A stretch of DNA of 64,000 bases from Marsupella aquatica (lineage: Eukaryota; Plantae; Marchantiophyta): the NCBI GenBank assembly GCA_973895155.1, contig OZ316895.1:4465081-4529080 (forward strand). The letters are read 5' to 3'. The notes beneath the pieces were generated by a model. The model was not told the origin of the DNA. It saw nothing but the letters and a program-made list of their open reading frames with translations, and made no database searches. The translations under genes were made by a program, and so were the position numbers. Each line of letters starts with the position of its first letter. Position 1 is the stretch's first letter. Shown here in pieces: positions 60,001 through 64,000 of this stretch.

Positions 60001-62387
60001 CTCACTTGTTGTTGTGGGCGTCAACTCTCTGCGTTCCGTTGGTGAGTAGCTAGTTCGATTCGCCTTAGTGTCGAGAGATTTTTTCCACTATGCCCATGGG
60101 ATGGCATTGAAGTCAAATCTCTTCAGGATTCTCGTGATTTTCTTGCAATCGAATTCCTGGAATACTTGATTTGCTAGGTTCAGGCGAAGGTGGGCAACCA
60201 CTTTGTTCAAACAAGATCTACGCGATATGGATATATACTGCACTTAGTAGTGTTTAAAGGTTCAATCAGCATCTGATCGAGTCTAGCTGAGTCTGAGTCT
60301 GAGATCTCCTCCTCCGAGTCATCTTCGATTAGAATGGGTCGCTCCCTTGAACCCTGCTCGGCCTCATCCTGGGCCTCTTGGGTTAATATTGTAGGCGCAT
60401 AATCTTCCCTTTTACTTAAATTGGACAAATTCTGCATCCTTTCGTTGTCTTCGACTGGGATGGTTTGCTTTGAACCCTCCTCAGGCACTGGGGCCGTCCT
60501 GACTCGCCTAGGAGTATAGCTTTTTCTTTTATTCTTGGACGAGTGCATCTTCTTGTGGTCGTCCACTGACGGAGCTTGCTCAAGTAAGCCGTCACCGACT
60601 TCGTCCTGTACTAGCTGTTCATTCAGATGCTGGTCATCGGATCGATCGGTTGCCGTCTTTGATTGTAGGCCAGATGGCGAGGCTAAGTCACCAGCCGTGT
60701 ACACGCCATTAGCCAAGTTAACAAGGACGTCAGAGACCAACCTGAATTTCTCCTCATAAGCTGGAGAAGATGACATTCTTTAATGCGTGTGCACACAAAA
60801 CGCCCAGCCAATAGAGAGGAGTCTCGTTAACGTCTGCTATGGCCCCGAAGGATGAGAGTGTGGTCGAATACTTTCTGTTCGTGCTAGCTTGCGCCTTCTC
60901 CCGATCGTCTTAGGCCAGGTCATGTTCTTTTCCGTCGGTGTCTTTCGGCGGTTACTGATCATGAGCTCCTTTCGACATTTCAAGACACAGGAATGTAATT
61001 GCGGCCAAACTTTCTCCAGGAAATGAAGGAGAGACTCAGACTGAAGCAAATTAATGATGTGTGGCACCGATCGATCGATATATTCCAGAAGCGTCGTTGC
61101 AGGCAAACAAAGGACTGAATGCGGAGATGTCCGACCCCAAGCTAAAAATTCTGGCTCCCTGAACTGGACATATAAATAATTTAGTTCCGAACATATAATC
61201 CAGACTGTTGGATCATCGAGTGAATTGCAAAACGTTCTTGGATTGAACAGAAAGGCCACGCACTGAACCCCTGGAAGCTCAAATTCTGGCTCAGTGAGTG
61301 CTTGTAATGATTTGTCCAATAAACAATTTAGTTCGATCTGAACATACAATTTCAGACTGTTGATCGTCGAGTGGATTGCATTCTGGGAACCTATTCGACG
61401 ACAGACTCATCATATATGCGGGGTCATCACAATGTGTAGACTGAGTTTCAGGTTTAGCTCCTGCCTTTACGAATTTGTAAATTTGAACATCATCGATCAG
61501 CTCGGGAACTAGAACGTCGTTAACTGCCAATGGCGGTCTAGAACCTGAAGTGTTTCTAAACTAAGGTCGTCAATCTCCATCGCAGGCAGACTAAAGAATG
61601 ATGAACGGTTTAGAGGACATGAAAGGCCGATCGAGCAACTTCAGGACGTCGACAGTCAACCTCAGGATGGGAATTCAACTTGCTGTAGAATTGGAAAGTT
61701 TCTCGAAGACGAACGAATTTTGGGATGCATTACCTTCTGCAGCTGACAAGCAACAAATTTGGGCGATCGCATCACAGGGGGACTTGTATATGCATAAAGC
61801 CTCATGCATATTCATGTATCATCACTTTACCCTTACTCTACTTTTCAATGAGGCTAGCCCAATGTTAGTCTCACGTGAAAGGTGTACCCTCTTGTCCATC
61901 AAAGATACTATTGGCCTGGGTTTCTACTTGTCACTAGCTCCAAGCCTGACCGTTTACTAGTTACCCACAAGACTATAGGGGTGGGCAGATGGATTGGGAA
62001 GGCAAGCAGCAGGGCTCATAGAGGGCCAAGAGAGGGAGTGTTTTAAACCCCACTCATTACCTTCTTGGAAAATGAAGTATGGGTGGGAGCAAACCCATGC
62101 CATTGGATTCTTCTATCTATTTTCTAGAGTGGGATCCTCTAGTATAGTAATTTAGATTATTTTTAACTCCAGTCAGTTTCTATTTTTCAATTCTACCCCT
62201 CGTCCTAAGCTAATGACTACCCATGGCATATGCTTGCCCATTACATGCTGAGTTCATGTTGGACAAAATCCCCTGCTTCAACCTCGGCAAGATCCTTGTA
62301 GAGGCCCAATGTGATACGCCTGTGAGTCCCTTGCTGAACATGTGGGCAAGCCTTGCTCTTTTGCCAATGCATGGCACTGTGTCACAT

Positions 62388-62480
62388 TGCCAAAGAACAA
62401 AAGGATCATATGTATTAAACTGCCAAAGAACAAAAGGATCTCCCAACTAGATATCAAACTGCCAAAGAACAAAAGGATCT
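62388..62480. repeat. Short tandem repeat x3
   Basis: TGCCAAAGAACAAAAGGATC three times at 33-39 nt spacing. Confidence 0.85.
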
Positions 62481-62933
62481 TGCAACTACACTCTTTACAG
62501 TATTTAGTCTCACACACTCTAATTAGTGTGAGGTTATATTTGAGGTAAGTGATGGTAATTAGGGTGTGTGACACTAATATGGTATGACACTAATTGTGGT
62601 CACAAGTCAAATAGTGTCACATGTACACTTAAGTTAAAAAAATAGAATAGACTTTAGTCAAAATTTGCTTATAAAAAAAATAATGAAAAATGTGCACAAT
62701 ATTTGATTACACTTTACAAAATTTACTACTGAGCAAACTTCAGAAACTTATAACTCTTTCCATATACTACTGAACATTGAGCAAACTTCAGACATTTATA
62801 ACTCTTTTCACATAGCACAAAATTATAGTTTGAGGTACTCAACCACATTGAGCAAGCAAGATATGTTTGATTCACTTCTATCAATTATGAATAACATATG
62901 TTGTCTCACATAAGCTACAAACTGATATCCTGT

Positions 62934-63650
62934 TCACTCTCTTTCAACCTGTCCCCTGTGTCTCATCCTTGCAAGACGGCGTACAGCCCCAAGAGAAGTG
63001 GGTTGAGCTGGCTCTTCACCTGGTTCACCAACTTCAGGAGCCACTTCAACAGTAGCATCAATATCAAGGCCAACTCGACTCCCTTCAAAATTCACTCGAT
63101 ACTTTGCTATGATATTTTGAAGCTCTGAAGGTGTAAGTTGATCTTCAGACCATACACCAGTGACATTTAGAGACAAACCGGTCCTTATCATTGATTTTTG
63201 TGCATAAGACATGCCATGTCTGTCAACAGAATTGTTCACCTCAGCTACAGAGTCCCTTGCCAATGTCAAAAACCACTGCTTGCCTGGATCAATTTCCCAG
63301 ATGTGCCTCGTGTCCTAGTCCCCATCCACTGTCCAGCAAGCAACATCTCTGCCTTCTTCTCTTCCCACCTCTTTGTCCAGGCAACCTTAATCTTTGAAAT
63401 AACAAATGAATCACAGGGTTGGCAAAGGTAAGTTGAATTTGCTGGTAGATACCTGATCTCTGTCAAAATTTCTTGCAAAGCTGCAACGGTACCTGCTGTC
63501 TGGTTGTGCCCATTGTAATTGTCCATCCATTGAATCTTGACTCTCCCTCGAATATCAGGCCTGCTGACTCTCCTTTCCCTGTAATACTTTTCCAGACAAG
63601 CAGTGTTCATGAAAGAAGATGGAGTACTCCTGTAAGAAACTCCAAGGAGC
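62934..63650 (-). mobile_element. Second pogo-like DDE transposase remnant (C-terminal half)
   Basis: QWMDNYNGH and YLPANSTYLCQPCDSFVISKIK.AW motifs (second and third catalytic Asp), then YAQKSMIRTGLSL. Frameshift at ~63266. Confidence 0.8.
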
Positions 63651-64000
63651 AAGGAGCAAGGAGAAGCCAAAGGAGACGCAGATTAATTACCAGTGACATG
63701 TTGACATAATCTTGATTCTCTTTCCCTTACTCTAGCAAATCCAGCTATGATGGGCGATCCATGTCCCGCCATGTTATCGCTCTGTTACTCTCCTTTCACA
63801 AAGACTGACCAGCTAAAATACAAAGGAAATTTTCTAAAAACATACGCACACAGAGATGTCATTGAAAGTCTGGATAACTTTGGAGTGAGTCTAGTTTAGG
63901 GTTACCACCAATTATATTGTTATCTCTAATTATCAATATTTTTAAATATAGTAAAAAAAATTTCAAAATTGAAGGTGATGATAAATAGTGTCAGTTGGCT

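Larger units (their letters stand above)
56640..60776 (-). pseudogene. Probable decayed Ulp1/OTS-like SUMO protease (C48) gene
   Basis: ORF 60776-60207 has an acidic/basic N-terminal-like region, a SIM-like ILIEDDSEEE and ends near IYP. In 57100-56690, frameshifted remnants in catalytic-domain order: NDCLIFAFKW, FEIDYFV, WSLA, VLH(L)DS. Confidence 0.4.

Overview
Eukaryotic land-plant genomic DNA, with GT-AG introns and abundant decayed transposons. A bryophyte-like genome is plausible but is inference. Apparently intact genes: a 6-exon LTI65/LTI78(RD29)-like stress protein carrying about six 60-aa tandem repeats with a DRE+ABRE promoter (9.3-13.5 kb, +), a single-exon plant membrane protein (20.3-21.4 kb) with a stop-interrupted paralogue (30.9-32.0 kb), and a multi-exon Rubisco-LSMT/SETD3-type SET methyltransferase (48.6-53.1 kb, -). 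Mobile or decayed content: an intron-containing pogo transposase with a possible OTU-like tail, a CRE-clade RLE non-LTR retrotransposon with an atypical LSDD active site, a pogo-type MITE, two solo LTRs, an L1 remnant, a second pogo remnant, F-box and Ulp1-like relics, and internally deleted fragments of MOR1 and TOP2. The most striking unexplained structure is a ~5 kb non-coding unit present twice (32.3-37.2 and 41.5-46.7 kb). Each copy holds a ~830-nt fold-back with compensatory base-pair changes between copies, an invariant ~25-bp core stem and an adjacent TATA-like box. This is a candidate duplicated long-hairpin small-RNA (MIRNA/hp-siRNA) gene. All family assignments are by-eye motif recognition; no searches or folding were run.
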